DNA from: an uncultured Pelagibacteraceae bacterium
GTDB lineage: Bacteria > Pseudomonadota > Alphaproteobacteria > Pelagibacterales > Pelagibacteraceae
Direction of reading: 5' to 3'
Assembly (NCBI GenBank): GCA_902594605.1
Contig: CACJMR010000001.1
Span: 76,794-140,793, forward strand
DNA: 64,000 nucleotides
The translations under genes were made by a program, and so were the position numbers. Under the pieces are notes generated by a model. It worked only from the letters and a program-made list of their open reading frames with translations. It was not told the DNA's origin and did no database searches. This document shows positions 41,319 to 53,744 of this stretch, piece by piece (position 1 is the stretch's first letter; each line of letters opens with the position of its first letter).

Positions 41319-42285
41319 CTCCTTTAACTCTTATTCTTGGATCAATTAAATAATAAAGAATATCAACTATGAAATTTATCATTACGAAAACAAAAGCTAT
41401 AAAAACTAAATAAGCTGACATGATTGGTATATCTACGAATTGGACTGCTTGAATAAATAAGAAGCCCATTCCAGGCCATTGAAAAACAGTTTCAGTAATA
41501 ATTGAAAACGCAATTAAGGTTCCTATATTTATTCCTGCTATAGTTATTACTGGTATCAATCCATTTTTTAATGCATGTTTATATTTAATACTATTTTCAC
41601 TAATGCCTCGAGCACGTGCAAATTTAATATAATCTGTTTGTAGTATTTCCATCATCTCTGCTCGCACAAGTCTGATGATATAAGTCATTTGGAAAAGGCT
41701 TAATGTTACTGAAGGAAGTATAATTGCTTTCAGTCCTGAAACTGTTAAAAAACCTGTAGTCCAAAAACCTAAATCAACAACTTCCCCTCTACCAAAAGAA
41801 GGTAATATTCCTAAGATTACTGCAAACAAATATATAAATAATATACCAATTACAAATGTGGGGAGTGAAACTCCAAGCAAGGAGACGGCTAAGACAAAAT
41901 CACTTAAAAAACCTTTTCGATTTATGCCTGTATAAACTCCTAACAAAGTACCAGTAATTAGTGCAATTAGTGCTGAAATAACCACAAGTTCAATAGTTGC
42001 AGGCAATCTTTCAACTATTAATTCTGAAACAGGTCTTCTTAATTGATATGAAATTCCAAACTCACCCTTAGAAGCATTAACTATAAATCTTGAAAACTGT
42101 ACATGAATTGGATCCATTAAACCTAATGTTTCTCTTAATTCTGCTCTTTCCTCATCAGATGTTTCTTCTCCAACCATGTTATTGATTGGATCTCCAACAA
42201 AATTAAATAAAGAGAAAGACACAAAGGCGACAACCAACATCACCAAAGCGGATTGAAACAGCCTTTTAAAAAAATATTTTATCAA
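41302..42285 (-). CDS. Peptide ABC transporter permease (DppB-like)
   Basis: RLPATIEL, ARARG, HALKN and ETVFQWPGMG motifs; TTG start. Confidence 0.92.
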   Translation of the reverse strand: MIKYFFKRLFQSALVMLVVAFVSFSLFNFVGDPINNMVGEETSDEERAELRETLGLMDPIHVQFSRFIVNASKGEFGISYQLRRPVSELIVERLPATIELVVISALIALITGTLLGVYTGINRKGFLSDFVLAVSLLGVSLPTFVIGILFIYLFAVILGILPSFGRGEVVDLGFWTTGFLTVSGLKAIILPSVTLSLFQMTYIIRLVRAEMMEILQTDYIKFARARGISENSIKYKHALKNGLIPVITIAGINIGTLIAFSIITETVFQWPGMGFLFIQAVQFVDIPIMSAYLVFIAFVFVMINFIVDILYYLIDPRIRVKGDAASG

Positions 42286-42302
42286 TTTGTGAAGGTTTAA
42301 AT

Positions 42303-42335
42303 TTATAAGCCCTTTAAATTTTAAAGGGCTTATAA
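42303..42335. terminator. Stem-loop between the binding-protein gene and the permease gene
   Basis: TTATAAGCCCTTTAA-ATT-TTAAAGGGCTTATAA, a 15-bp inverted repeat. Confidence 0.7.
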
Positions 42336-42346
42336 TAATTTTTTAT

Positions 42347-43909
42347 TTAATTAAAACTAGCAGTTCTGAATAACGGTTCGTTATTCGGTCTGATAGGAAC
42401 ATTAACATTGCTTTTAGATGCCCAAGAAATTACCTGGTGATGTAAAGGAAGATAAGAAATATCATCTTTTACAATTTTCCAAGCTTTTGCAATTGCAGCA
42501 TTTCTTTTATCTAAATCAACTTCACCTTCCATAACTCTAATTGCAGCATCAACATCAGCGTTACTAAAGTTAACTTTGTTCCAGCTAGCACCAGTTTCAT
42601 ATAGGTAATGGAAAACATAGTGACTATCTAAAGTTGGAACACCCCATCCTAGCATATAGAAATCACCTTGATCATCTTTAAGCTCTTTGAAGTGTTTACT
42701 TTTAGTTTGAGCAAATAAGTTAACGTTAACTCCAATTTTACCCAACATTCCAACAACAGCAGTACATATTGCCTCATCATTTACATATCTGTCATTAGGA
42801 CATCTAAGTTCAACGTCAAAACCATTAGGATAACCTGCATCAGCTAAAAGTTTTTTTGCAGCATTAACATCGTAAGGTAATCTTTTATCAAGATCAGCTG
42901 TATATCCATTTACACCTGGGAAAGTTATAATTCCCGCTGGTTCACTTAAACCTCTCATAACTTTTTTCTTGATCGCTTCAATATCAATTGCTTGATAGAG
43001 AGCTTGTCTTACTTCTTTTTTCTTAAATGGATTATCACCTGTATTACCAGTTCTTAATTTGTCAGCTGCTTGATCCATACCTAAGAAAATTGTTCTCATT
43101 TGAGCTGTACTTTCAACTTTGTGACCTGAAGAAGATCCAATTCTTTTTAAGTCTTGAACAGGAGCATCAGTAACTATATCAATTTCACCAGATAATAAAG
43201 CTGCTACTCTTGTGGCTGCATTTTTAATAGGCATTAATTCAATTTGAGTTACTTTTTTGTCCTTCATTTCACCCCACCAATGTTTATTTCTTTTAAACAC
43301 TGTCTTGGTGTTAGGCTCTCTTAAAGTTATTTTAAATGGACCAGTTCCCATAGCATTAGTAGCAGAGAAAGTTTCTTGTCCTGCATCCCAATTTTGTGGA
43401 GACATTGCAAAGTTTTTCTCTGACCAAGCTTTAGACATTATAAAAATGTTAGACAATTGGTTTAAAAGAATAGGATTAGGTTTACTTGTAGTTATTTTAA
43501 CAGAGTAATCTCCAACCGCTTCAACATTAGCAACAGTGCTGATGTATTCTTTAAAGTCAGATGTTCTTTGCTTAGCTCTTAATATACTAAAAACAACATC
43601 CGCAGATGTCATTCCAGAACCATCTGAAAACTTTGCATCTTCTCTTAAAGTAAAAATCCAAGTATTTGGATCAGTAGCTTTCCATTTTGTTGCTAAAGCA
43701 GGTCCTATTTTCATGTCCAAACCCCTTTGAACTAGAGCTTCATAAACTTGTCTAGATACTTGTGTAGTTGGACCCTCATTTTGTGCATGTGGATCTAGTG
43801 TTAAACTGTCTCCTTGCATAGACCATTTAATAGTTTTTGCCCATGCTGAAGAAAATCCGAATACTAGAACTAATGACAATAGTATTCTTACTATATTTTT
43901 AGTTTTCAT
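42347..43909 (-). CDS. ABC transporter substrate-binding protein, family 5 (DppA/OppA-like)
   Basis: Signal peptide; TLDPH, YEALV, GTGPF and VRQAL motifs; GAGGGG RBS. Confidence 0.93.
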   Translation of the reverse strand: MKTKNIVRILLSLVLVFGFSSAWAKTIKWSMQGDSLTLDPHAQNEGPTTQVSRQVYEALVQRGLDMKIGPALATKWKATDPNTWIFTLREDAKFSDGSGMTSADVVFSILRAKQRTSDFKEYISTVANVEAVGDYSVKITTSKPNPILLNQLSNIFIMSKAWSEKNFAMSPQNWDAGQETFSATNAMGTGPFKITLREPNTKTVFKRNKHWWGEMKDKKVTQIELMPIKNAATRVAALLSGEIDIVTDAPVQDLKRIGSSSGHKVESTAQMRTIFLGMDQAADKLRTGNTGDNPFKKKEVRQALYQAIDIEAIKKKVMRGLSEPAGIITFPGVNGYTADLDKRLPYDVNAAKKLLADAGYPNGFDVELRCPNDRYVNDEAICTAVVGMLGKIGVNVNLFAQTKSKHFKELKDDQGDFYMLGWGVPTLDSHYVFHYLYETGASWNKVNFSNADVDAAIRVMEGEVDLDKRNAAIAKAWKIVKDDISYLPLHHQVISWASKSNVNVPIRPNNEPLFRTASFN

Positions 43910-43990
43910 TATTCCCCTCGTTTTTTAAATTTATTTAAAAAGTATAAGTGAAATAATTGAATTATAGTAGCAATAATTTACTGATAAAAT

Positions 43991-45031
<1,041 letters not shown>

Positions 45032-45580
45032 TTAATTAAATATTTTTTCACCTCTGGTCATAGCTACTGCCCCTGTTCTCGAAGTACTTATAAGTCCCAA
45101 AGGCTTTAATTTTTTATTCATTACATCAATTTCTCTTCTTAAAGCAGTTATTTGAATTACTACTGAAGATTTTGTTTCATCTAATATTACGGGATTAAAT
45201 TTTTTACAAGCATTTAAGCATTTTTCAATTTTATTTCTTTTGCCTACTACTTTAAATAAAGCCATTTCCTTAAATATTACGTCTTTGTCTTCTCTTTTAA
45301 ACTCAGCAACTTTATGAACAGGCACTAATTTAGTTAACTGAAGTCTTATTTGATCAATTACTTGAGGTGTTCCGGTAGTAACAATTGTTATTCTTGAAAT
45401 GTTTTTTACCGCATCAACCTCAGCAACAGCTAAAGACTCGATGTTATAACCTCGACCAGAAAATAAACCGACTACCCTTGCAAGAACTCCGGCTTCATTA
45501 TCTACCCAAACAACAAATATATATGTGTCTGATTTTTGTTTCTTTGTAGAAATACTATAAGCTGATTTTAATTTCGGCAT
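45032..45580 (-). CDS. ilvH: Acetolactate synthase small subunit
   Basis: ACT domain NEAGVLARVVGLFSGRGYNIESL. Confidence 0.93.
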   Translation of the reverse strand: MPKLKSAYSISTKKQKSDTYIFVVWVDNEAGVLARVVGLFSGRGYNIESLAVAEVDAVKNISRITIVTTGTPQVIDQIRLQLTKLVPVHKVAEFKREDKDVIFKEMALFKVVGKRNKIEKCLNACKKFNPVILDETKSSVVIQITALRREIDVMNKKLKPLGLISTSRTGAVAMTRGEKIFN

Positions 45581-45585
45581 TATGA

Positions 45586-47352
45586 TTATACTAAAGCTTT
45601 GCCTTTTCCTTTGATTTTATTTTTCTCTTGATCATTTGGACCCAAGATCATTTGGTTATGAGGTTTTCCAGATGGGATCATTGGGAAGCAATTCTCGTTA
45701 GGATCCACATGACAATCAAATATAACTGGTCCATCATAATCAATCATTTCTTGAATTTTATCATCAAGCTCAGCTGGGCTGTCTGCTTTAATTCCTTTGC
45801 ATCCATATGCCTCTGCCATTTTCATAAAATCAGGTAATGCTTCAGAATAACTTTCAGAATAATTTTTTTCATGCAGTAATTCCTGCCATTGTCTTACCAT
45901 TCCCAGATATTGATTGTTTAAAATAAATATTTTTATAGGAAGATTGTATTGAACTGCCGTAGACATTTCTTGCATAGTCATTAAAACTGAAGCTTCTCCA
46001 GCAATATCAATTACTAATTTTTCAGGATGAGCGATTTGTACACCAACTGCTGCGGGCAAACCGTACCCCATGGTTCCTAAACCGCCAGAAGTCATCCATC
46101 TGTTTGGTTTATTAAATTTATAATGTTGAGCAGCCCACATTTGATGTTGCCCAACCTCGGTAGTAACATAAGTATCTTTGTTCTTAGTTAATTCATAAAG
46201 TTTTTGAACAGCATATTGAGGCTTTATACTTTCATCGCTATTTACAAAATTAAGAGAATCTTTTTCTCTCCATTTTTCGATTTGTTCCCACCACTTAGCT
46301 ATATTTGGTTTATTTGATTTACTATGACCATTTTTTCTTTTAGCAATTGTCTTATTAGTTTTACTCATAACACTAGTAACGTCCCCAACTATTGCAAGAT
46401 CTACTTTGATAATTTTGTTAATTGATGATGGATCTATATCAATATGAACCTTTTTTGAATTTGGTGAAAACTCATCAATTTTTCCAGTAATACGATCATC
46501 AAACCTTGCACCAATGTTAATTAAAAGATCACAATGATGCATAGCATTATTTGCTTCATAAGTACCATGCATACCAAGCATTCCTAAAAATTGATTATCA
46601 TCTCCAGGGTAAGCACCTAATCCTTGAAGTGTAGAAGTTATAGGAAAACCAGTTAGCTCAACAAATTCTCTTAGAGCTTTACTTGCTTTTGGACCTGAAT
46701 TGATTACTCCTCCACCACTATAGATGATTGGTTTTTTAGTTTTGCTTAATAATTTTACTAATTCATCAATTTGATCTTGAGAAAATTTATTGTGGGATTT
46801 TCCATTTAATTTTTTTTCTTTATTTGGTTTTTTGTATTTTGTTTTTGCAAACTGAATATCTTTTGGAATATCAATTAAAACTGGTCCAGGTCTTCCTGTT
46901 GTTGCAACTCTAAAAGCTTCATGCATAACTTTAGAAAGATCATTTATATCTTTAACTAACCAATTATGTTTCGTACAAGGTCTTGTAATTCCTGTTGTGT
47001 CACATTCTTGAAAAGCATCTGTTCCAATTAAATGTGTTGGAACTTGACCAGAAATACAAACTAATGGTACTGAGTCCATATAGGCATCGGTTAATGCTGT
47101 AACTACATTGGTTGCTCCAGGACCTGATGTAACTAAAACTACACCTGGTTTTCCTGATGATCTAGCATAACCTTCAGCTGCATGACCAGCGCCTTGCTCG
47201 TGTCTTACTAAAATATGTTTTATTGAAGAATGATTTTTTAATTCATCATAAATCGGTAATACTGCACCACCTGGATAACCAAAGATATGTTCTACCTTTT
47301 GGTCTTCAAGACACTTAAATACAATTTCTGCTCCAGTTAATAATTTTGGCAT
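45586..47352 (-). CDS. ilvI: Acetolactate synthase large subunit
   Basis: [24 protein letters not shown] and SGGLGTMG motifs. Confidence 0.95.
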   Translation of the reverse strand: MPKLLTGAEIVFKCLEDQKVEHIFGYPGGAVLPIYDELKNHSSIKHILVRHEQGAGHAAEGYARSSGKPGVVLVTSGPGATNVVTALTDAYMDSVPLVCISGQVPTHLIGTDAFQECDTTGITRPCTKHNWLVKDINDLSKVMHEAFRVATTGRPGPVLIDIPKDIQFAKTKYKKPNKEKKLNGKSHNKFSQDQIDELVKLLSKTKKPIIYSGGGVINSGPKASKALREFVELTGFPITSTLQGLGAYPGDDNQFLGMLGMHGTYEANNAMHHCDLLINIGARFDDRITGKIDEFSPNSKKVHIDIDPSSINKIIKVDLAIVGDVTSVMSKTNKTIAKRKNGHSKSNKPNIAKWWEQIEKWREKDSLNFVNSDESIKPQYAVQKLYELTKNKDTYVTTEVGQHQMWAAQHYKFNKPNRWMTSGGLGTMGYGLPAAVGVQIAHPEKLVIDIAGEASVLMTMQEMSTAVQYNLPIKIFILNNQYLGMVRQWQELLHEKNYSESYSEALPDFMKMAEAYGCKGIKADSPAELDDKIQEMIDYDGPVIFDCHVDPNENCFPMIPSGKPHNQMILGPNDQEKNKIKGKGKALV

Positions 47353-47357
47353 TAGGC

Positions 47358-47387
47358 AATCTAGCTGAAGTTGTGCTCATTGGTCAA
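47358..47387 (-). promoter_or_regulatory. Putative promoter TTGACC-N18-TAGATT, 5 nt before the ilvI ATG
   Basis: Consensus-like hexamers in the 52-nt intergenic gap; no SD sequence. Confidence 0.45.
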
Positions 47388-47404
47388 GTTTTAGAATGAA
47401 AATT

Positions 47405-48313
47405 TTAAATTTTTTTCAAAAAATTATTTAAGCCTTGTGGCTTTAGTTTTATCCAGCTCATCATATTGCCTCTAGCCCAAGTACTTTGTCTTTTGGCGTA
47501 TTGTCTAGTTTTTATGACTATTTTTTCTTTAGTATCCTTTAAATCTTTTTGTTTTTTTAAATATTCTCTAATTTCATTAACTCCAATAGCTTTGTTGGCG
47601 CTTTTATCTTTTCTAATCCTAAGCTTTATGAAGCCCTTTACTTCTTTGATTGCTCCATTTTCTATCATCTCACTTGTTCTTATATTAATCCGCTCAATTA
47701 ATTCTTGTCTAGGGTAATCAATATAAACTTTGAAAAAATCATCTTCTATGAAGTTTGATTTTGTGTTTTTAAACCATTCATGTAGAGATTTTTTTGTAAA
47801 CTTTTTGACCTCATAAGCTCTTATGGATCTTTGGGTATCTGTAGGGTTTATTTTTCCTCTTGAGGAAGGATCTAATTTTAATAGTTTTTCATAAAACTTC
47901 CTTTGTCCAAGTTTTTTTTGCAAATCTCTAATTTGACTCCTTAATTTTAATGAAATATTTGGTATTTTAACTAAACCATCAGTTAAAGCTTTAAAGTATA
48001 AACCTGTCCCTCCAACGAGAATTGGGGTTTTTTTTCTTTTTTGAACTTCCTTAATTTTCTTAATTGCTAACTTAAGCCAATCACCTGTGGAAAAGTTTTT
48101 TGTTACATTATGAAAACCATATAAGTGATGTTTTATTTTATGATATTTTTTTGGATCTGGTCTAGCTGATAAAATTTTAAGCTCTTTGTATACTTGCATG
48201 CTATCTGCATTGATGATCTCTCCATCAACTTTTTTTGCAACTTTAATTGCAAAACTTGATTTACCTGAAGCTGTAGGACCTGAGATTAATATGATCTTGG
48301 ATTTTAAATCCAT
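47405..48313 (-). CDS. miaA: tRNA dimethylallyltransferase
   Basis: GPTASGKS, NADSMQVY, VGGTGLY and TRQYAKRQ motifs. Confidence 0.96.
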   Translation of the reverse strand: MDLKSKIILISGPTASGKSSFAIKVAKKVDGEIINADSMQVYKELKILSARPDPKKYHKIKHHLYGFHNVTKNFSTGDWLKLAIKKIKEVQKRKKTPILVGGTGLYFKALTDGLVKIPNISLKLRSQIRDLQKKLGQRKFYEKLLKLDPSSRGKINPTDTQRSIRAYEVKKFTKKSLHEWFKNTKSNFIEDDFFKVYIDYPRQELIERINIRTSEMIENGAIKEVKGFIKLRIRKDKSANKAIGVNEIREYLKKQKDLKDTKEKIVIKTRQYAKRQSTWARGNMMSWIKLKPQGLNNFLKKI

Positions 48314-48315
48314 GA

Positions 48316-49731
48316 TCAGTCTAACTTAACACCGATGTATCTTCGTTGATTTTGATTGTTATAAATAGCAAGTAAAATTGTTTTTTGATTTGAATTAAGA
48401 ACTTCTTTGGTAATTTCTCTTAAATCATCGGCCAATCTAATTTTTTTCTTCTGAGCTTCAATAATAATACTATTAAGTTCTATTGAATTTGCTATAGGAC
48501 TATTGTTTGCAATTTTTGTTATCACAAGTCCAGTCGTTTGGTTTGGTAATTTTCTGTTTTTAATATCTTCTTTAGTTAATGGTCTTACTGCTATTCTTAA
48601 ACTTTCAATGATCTCTTCATCATTTTGTTTTTCAGTTTCTTGATTTTTACTTATTTTAAAATCATCTGAAGTTTCTAATCTTCCTAAAATAACATTTTTA
48701 ATAATCTCTTTTTTATCTCTCCAAACTTTAACTTCAACTTTTTTTCCAACTTCTGTTCGTGCAACAATCGCTGGAAGTTCTTTCATTTGATTTATTTTTT
48801 CTCCATTAAATTCTAAAATAATATCACCAGCTTGAATTCCCGCTTTTTCTGAAGGACTATTTTCAGCAACACTTGCAACAAGTGCTCCTCTTGCTTTATC
48901 TAATTTTTCAACTTCAGCAATTTCTTTTATTACATCTTGAATTCTAACCCCTAACCATCCTCTTTTTGTTTCACCAAATTCGATTAATTGTTTAATTACT
49001 ATTTGTGCACTGTTTGATGGTATAGAAAATCCAATTCCGATAGAACCATTACGTCCAAGAATTGCTGTATTAATTCCAATTACATTTCCTTCCATATCAA
49101 ACAAAGGTCCTCCTGAATTACCAGAATTTATAGAAGCATCTGTTTGAATAAAATCCTCATATCTTGATAAACCGATTGATCTATTTCTAGCTGAAATAAT
49201 TCCAGCAGTAACAGTTCCACCTAAACCAAATGGATTTCCGATTGCCAAGACCCAATCCCCAATTCTTGCTTTATCAGAGTCACCAAATGCAACCGGGATA
49301 AACTTTTCATCTGTTTCTAATTGTAAAACAGCAATATCCATTAATGGATCAGCACCTAGAACCTTAGCTTTAAATTCTTGGTCACCGTTTACCCTAACAA
49401 TAATGTCATCAGCATCTTGGATAACGTGATTATTTGTAATAACAATTCCTTTCTCGTCTATTATAAACCCAGAACCTAAAGCAGCTGATTGTCTTTCCTG
49501 AGGTGTTCCAAATTCTTTAAACATATCCTCAAAAGGAGACCCTGGGGGGAATTGAAAAGGAAAAGGATTAGAATTTGTTGTGATAGTAGTTGTTGTAGAA
49601 ATATTTACAACAGATGGCATTAATTTTTCAGCCAGATCTGCAAATGATGCAGGAACTGGTTTAGAATTCACATTCAATGAAAAAGTAAATGAAATAACTA
49701 GTGTTAAGAATATAAGTTTAATCTTATTCAT
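48316..49731 (-). CDS. degP: Do/DegP family serine protease with PDZ domains
   Basis: GSGF, TNNHV, GNPFG and GNSGGPL motifs. Confidence 0.92.
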   Translation of the reverse strand: MNKIKLIFLTLVISFTFSLNVNSKPVPASFADLAEKLMPSVVNISTTTTITTNSNPFPFQFPPGSPFEDMFKEFGTPQERQSAALGSGFIIDEKGIVITNNHVIQDADDIIVRVNGDQEFKAKVLGADPLMDIAVLQLETDEKFIPVAFGDSDKARIGDWVLAIGNPFGLGGTVTAGIISARNRSIGLSRYEDFIQTDASINSGNSGGPLFDMEGNVIGINTAILGRNGSIGIGFSIPSNSAQIVIKQLIEFGETKRGWLGVRIQDVIKEIAEVEKLDKARGALVASVAENSPSEKAGIQAGDIILEFNGEKINQMKELPAIVARTEVGKKVEVKVWRDKKEIIKNVILGRLETSDDFKISKNQETEKQNDEEIIESLRIAVRPLTKEDIKNRKLPNQTTGLVITKIANNSPIANSIELNSIIIEAQKKKIRLADDLREITKEVLNSNQKTILLAIYNNQNQRRYIGVKLD

Positions 49732-49732
49732 A

Positions 49733-49918
49733 TTAACTCTTAATAAATTAAATAATTATAAAACCTATTAGTGCAAAAATAAGTCCACCTGATCTAAGCT
49801 GACTATCTTTAACAAGTTCTAATTTTTTCAACATACTTTTCATTTTTGCTGGAAATAAGGCGTACAAAATTCCCTCAATAAATAAGAAAAGACCAAAAGC
49901 TATAACTAGCTCACGCAT
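49733..49918 (-). CDS. DUF2065 family small membrane protein (61 aa)
   Basis: MRELVIAFGLFLFIEGILYALFPAKMK...QLRSGGL; usual position after hflC; not in the ORF track. Confidence 0.85.
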
Positions 49919-49925
49919 TTAAGAA

Positions 49926-50798
49926 TTATTGTTGGATTTCAGGTTTTATATTTCCAAAAAATTTAAAAAATTCACTATCAGGTGATAAAATTAAAGAAGT
50001 TTCACCACCAATAAGAGCTTTTTCATATGCTTGCATAGCTCTGTAGAAAGCAAAAAATTCTGGATCTTGGCCAAAGGCATCAGCAAATATTTTATTTCTT
50101 TCTCCGTCACCTTCACCTTTCATGATCTCAGATTGCTTTTGAGCATCTGCCAAGATTACAGTAACTTCTTTATCTGCAGTTGATGTAATAGTAACAGCCA
50201 TTTCTGCTCCTTTTGCTCTAAATTCTTTTGCTTCTCTCTCCCTTTCAGTCTGCATTCTTCTATAAATTGCATCACTGTTAGCTTGAGGTAGATCTGCTCT
50301 TTTAATTCTAACATCCACAATATTAATTCCAAAATTTTGTGCTTCGTTATTTACACCTTCTTTAATTAAAGCCATTTGTTTAGATCTATCTTTAGATAAC
50401 AATGTTTGTAATTCTTCTTGACCTAGTACATTTCTAATTCTTGAGTTTATAATTGTCGATAATCTTGATCTTGCAACTCTTTCATTTCCAACTGAAATAT
50501 AAAACTTAAGTGGATCAACGATTTGAAATCTTGCAAATGCATCAACAATCAAACGTTTCTGATCTGATGCAATAACCTCTTCTGGCGGTGCATCTAAGTT
50601 TAAAATTCTTTTATCTAAATAAACAACGTTTTGAATAAAAGGAATTTTAAAATTTAAACCAGGTTTCATTATTATTCTTTTTGGATCTCCAAATTGTAGA
50701 ATAATTGCTTGATTAACCTCTTTAACTATAATTATTGATAAAAAAGCTACAACTCCGATTGCAACTAATACTCCTGCTAATATTTTTCCAGCCTTCAT
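49926..50798 (-). CDS. hflC: FtsH protease modulator HflC
   Basis: SPFH domain with PGLNFKIPF, DVRIKR and DPEFFAFYR motifs. Confidence 0.95.
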   Translation of the reverse strand: MKAGKILAGVLVAIGVVAFLSIIIVKEVNQAIILQFGDPKRIIMKPGLNFKIPFIQNVVYLDKRILNLDAPPEEVIASDQKRLIVDAFARFQIVDPLKFYISVGNERVARSRLSTIINSRIRNVLGQEELQTLLSKDRSKQMALIKEGVNNEAQNFGINIVDVRIKRADLPQANSDAIYRRMQTEREREAKEFRAKGAEMAVTITSTADKEVTVILADAQKQSEIMKGEGDGERNKIFADAFGQDPEFFAFYRAMQAYEKALIGGETSLILSPDSEFFKFFGNIKPEIQQ

Positions 50799-50799
50799 T

Positions 50800-51900
50800 T
50801 TAATTTGTCGCTTTCTTTTTTAATTCAGGCAAAGGTAAGTACGGGACCACACCAGAACCTGCATTTTTTTCTATAATTACTTTATCTATATCAGCTAAAA
50901 CTTTTTCCATAGTTTCTAAATACATTCTCTCTTGAGTAACTGCTTTTGCATTTTTATATTCATTGTAGATAGCTATAAATCTACTTGCTTCACCCTCCGC
51001 TTTTGCAACAACCTCTTTTTTATATGCTTCTGCCGCTTGTAAAATTTTTTGTGCTTCTCCTCGTGCTCTTGGAATTACATCATTTGCATAAGCTTCAGCT
51101 TCGTTTTTAGATCTTTCCATATCTGCTCTTGCAGCCTGTACATCTCTAAACGCATCAATTACTTGATCAGGTGGGTCGGCTTTTTGAGTTTGAACTTGAG
51201 TAATTTGAATTCCACTTTCATAATCATCTAATATAGTTTGAATAATTTCTTGTGTTTCGAGCTCAATTTTTGATCTTCCTTCTGTTAAAATTGGTTGAAT
51301 ATCACTTTTTGCTATCACTTCTCTCATTGCTGTTTCTGCAGCTGCTTTAACTGTACCTTCTGGATCTTGAATTTTGAATAAAAAATTACCAGCATCTTTA
51401 ATTACCCAAAATACTGAAAAGTCTATATTAACAATATTTTCATCTCCAGTTAACATCAAGCTTTCTTGCGGCACATCTGCAACCCCACCTCCTGTGGAGA
51501 AACCACTGTCTCTCTCTGATCTAAAACCAATATCCATTCTGTTGACCTTGGTGACTTTTGGTGTTTGAACAGTTTCAACTGGAAAAGGTATATGATAATT
51601 CAAACCAGGCTGTGTAGTTTTTACAAACTTGCCAAATCTTAACACAACGCCCTGTTCATCAGGTAACACTCTATAAAGTCCGCTGGCTAACCAAACGAAA
51701 ACTAAAACTAATAAAATTAGACTTATTGATTTTCCTCCTGAAGTTTTTCCACCAGGTAAAAACCTTTTAATTTTATCTTGAAGATCTCTAATTAATTCAT
51801 CGATATTTGGTGGTGTAGGACCTCTACCTGATCCATTACCGCTACCACCTCCACCAGGAGGTGCACCCCAAGGACTTTGACCTTTGAAATTGTCTGACAT
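50800..51900 (-). CDS. hflK: FtsH protease modulator HflK
   Basis: SPWG...PPNIDEL N-terminus from ATG 51900; MLTGDEN and AFRDVQAA motifs. Confidence 0.95.
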   Translation of the reverse strand: MSDNFKGQSPWGAPPGGGGSGNGSGRGPTPPNIDELIRDLQDKIKRFLPGGKTSGGKSISLILLVLVFVWLASGLYRVLPDEQGVVLRFGKFVKTTQPGLNYHIPFPVETVQTPKVTKVNRMDIGFRSERDSGFSTGGGVADVPQESLMLTGDENIVNIDFSVFWVIKDAGNFLFKIQDPEGTVKAAAETAMREVIAKSDIQPILTEGRSKIELETQEIIQTILDDYESGIQITQVQTQKADPPDQVIDAFRDVQAARADMERSKNEAEAYANDVIPRARGEAQKILQAAEAYKKEVVAKAEGEASRFIAIYNEYKNAKAVTQERMYLETMEKVLADIDKVIIEKNAGSGVVPYLPLPELKKKATN

Positions 51901-51949
51901 GTCAAAGTATATAGTGTCTTTATTGCAAAAAACAAGTAATGATACTTTT

Positions 51950-52774
51950 ATGTCTGATAAAAAACCTGAACTTAGTGCCGCAATGAAAAGTAAGCTAGAA
52001 CCTAAAAAATTCACTAAAAATCCTATTCTTGGAACTAAGTTTACAATTGCAATTTCTAGCGCAAAAGGAGGTGTTGGAAAATCTACATTTGCAACGAATC
52101 TTGCTTTAGCCTTAAAAAAAATTCGATGCAAAGTTGGTCTTTTAGATGCAGATATTTATGGTCCATCAATTCCTAAAATGTTTAATATTAACGAAAAACC
52201 AAAAAGTGATGGTCAAAAATTAGATCCAATTACAAAATATGACATTCAGTGTATGTCAATTGGTTTTTTAGCTGATCAACAAACGCCAATGATATGGCGT
52301 GGTCCTATGGTAACAAGTGCAATAAAAACTTTTACTCAGAAAGTAAATTGGAAAGATTTAGATTTTATTATAGTTGATATGCCTCCAGGAACTGGTGATA
52401 CTCAACTTACATTTTCACAAGAAATAAAAATGGATGGTGCAATAATTGTGAGTACACCTCAAGAAGTAGCCCTTTTAGATGTTAAAAGAGGAATAAAAAT
52501 GTTTGATAAACTTGGAGTTAAAATCTTAGGTTTAGTTGATAACATGAGTTACTTCATAGGTGACGATGGTAAAAAATATAAAATTTTTGGAGAAGGCGGG
52601 GTTAAGAAAACTGCAGAGGAATTTCAAAAAGAATTTTTAGGTGAAATTCCAATTAATCCTGAAGTGGGTAAAACTGGTGACGAAGGAAAGCCAATTGTGG
52701 AAGCTAACCCTGAGCATGAAATTTCTAAAATATATTTAAATTTTGCTGAAAAAATTAAATCAACTTATCTTTAA
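51950..52774 (+). CDS. apbC: Mrp/ApbC Fe-S cluster carrier ATPase
   Basis: [21 protein letters not shown] and DMPPGTGD motifs; start set at ATG 51950. Confidence 0.93.
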   Translation: MSDKKPELSAAMKSKLEPKKFTKNPILGTKFTIAISSAKGGVGKSTFATNLALALKKIRCKVGLLDADIYGPSIPKMFNINEKPKSDGQKLDPITKYDIQCMSIGFLADQQTPMIWRGPMVTSAIKTFTQKVNWKDLDFIIVDMPPGTGDTQLTFSQEIKMDGAIIVSTPQEVALLDVKRGIKMFDKLGVKILGLVDNMSYFIGDDGKKYKIFGEGGVKKTAEEFQKEFLGEIPINPEVGKTGDEGKPIVEANPEHEISKIYLNFAEKIKSTYL

Positions 52775-53702
52775 GATCAAATGCAGTCATTAATTCATTC
52801 CACTCTCTTTTAGACAATCCAGAACTTTCAACATCTACAGTTTCACCTTTAATAAGTTTTTGAATTATAACTTTTCCTTTTGCAGAAACTTCTGTGCCTC
52901 CTACTCTATAATCCATAAATGCATCATAAGTTATAGGAACCCATTTTTTTACAGTATCCAGCATAATGTCTGCATAAACTCTAATTTCATATTGAGCGTG
53001 ACTATCAGCTCTTAATCTTAAAAAATTCATTAAATTTAATAAATCAGTTTTCCAATACCATTGGGTATAAGTATTTAGTGTTAAATTCATTCTTGCAAGT
53101 TCTCTCGCTAGACCTTTTTTATTTTCATCAATAGTTGATCCATCAAATCTTTCATTAAGCATAGTCTCATAATTATCATAAGTTCTCTCTGCATCGCTTT
53201 TTAGAAGTTCTAAAACTTCCTCTGCCTGTTTTCCTTCCAAGACATCTCCTCTACCCTGTCTGTTACTAGTTGATTGAGCGGCTAAATTTTCTTGTGATGG
53301 CAAATAAAATTCTTTATCCAAAATTGAATACCTTGCAGAATATTCATTTACATTTGCAGTTCTATGTCTAATCCATTGTCTTGCAATAAATATTGGAAGC
53401 TTAACATGATATTTAATTTCACACATTTCGAATGGAGTGCTGTGCCAATGCCTCATCAAATATTTAATTAGTCCTTTGTCTGTTGAAACTTGTTTCGTTC
53501 CTTTTCCATATGAAACTCTTGCTGATTGAACGATGGACGTATCATCCCCCATATAATCAACCACTCTAACAAAACCATGATCTAAAGCTGGTATTGCTTC
53601 ATATAGGATTTTTTCAAGCTCAGGAGCAGTAACTCTTTTTGTTTGGTTGCTTTGAGATTGTTGATTTTTTATCTCTTCTTGTTGTTCTTTAGTTAATTTC
53701 AT
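52755..53702 (-). CDS. thyX: FAD-dependent thymidylate synthase
   Basis: ARVSY, HSTPFE and [14 protein letters not shown] motifs; start set at ATG 53702. Confidence 0.96.
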   Translation of the reverse strand: MKLTKEQQEEIKNQQSQSNQTKRVTAPELEKILYEAIPALDHGFVRVVDYMGDDTSIVQSARVSYGKGTKQVSTDKGLIKYLMRHWHSTPFEMCEIKYHVKLPIFIARQWIRHRTANVNEYSARYSILDKEFYLPSQENLAAQSTSNRQGRGDVLEGKQAEEVLELLKSDAERTYDNYETMLNERFDGSTIDENKKGLARELARMNLTLNTYTQWYWKTDLLNLMNFLRLRADSHAQYEIRVYADIMLDTVKKWVPITYDAFMDYRVGGTEVSAKGKVIIQKLIKGETVDVESSGLSKREWNELMTAFDLKDKLI

Positions 53703-53744
53703 GATTGTTATTGAATCTGTTGTAATTACTTTTATATTAATAAT

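Noticed and set aside
51884-52131. Apparent antisense overlap of hflK and mrp ORFs
   Set aside because: Artefact of longest-ORF calling; starts at 51900 and 51950 give normal N-termini and a 49-nt divergent gap
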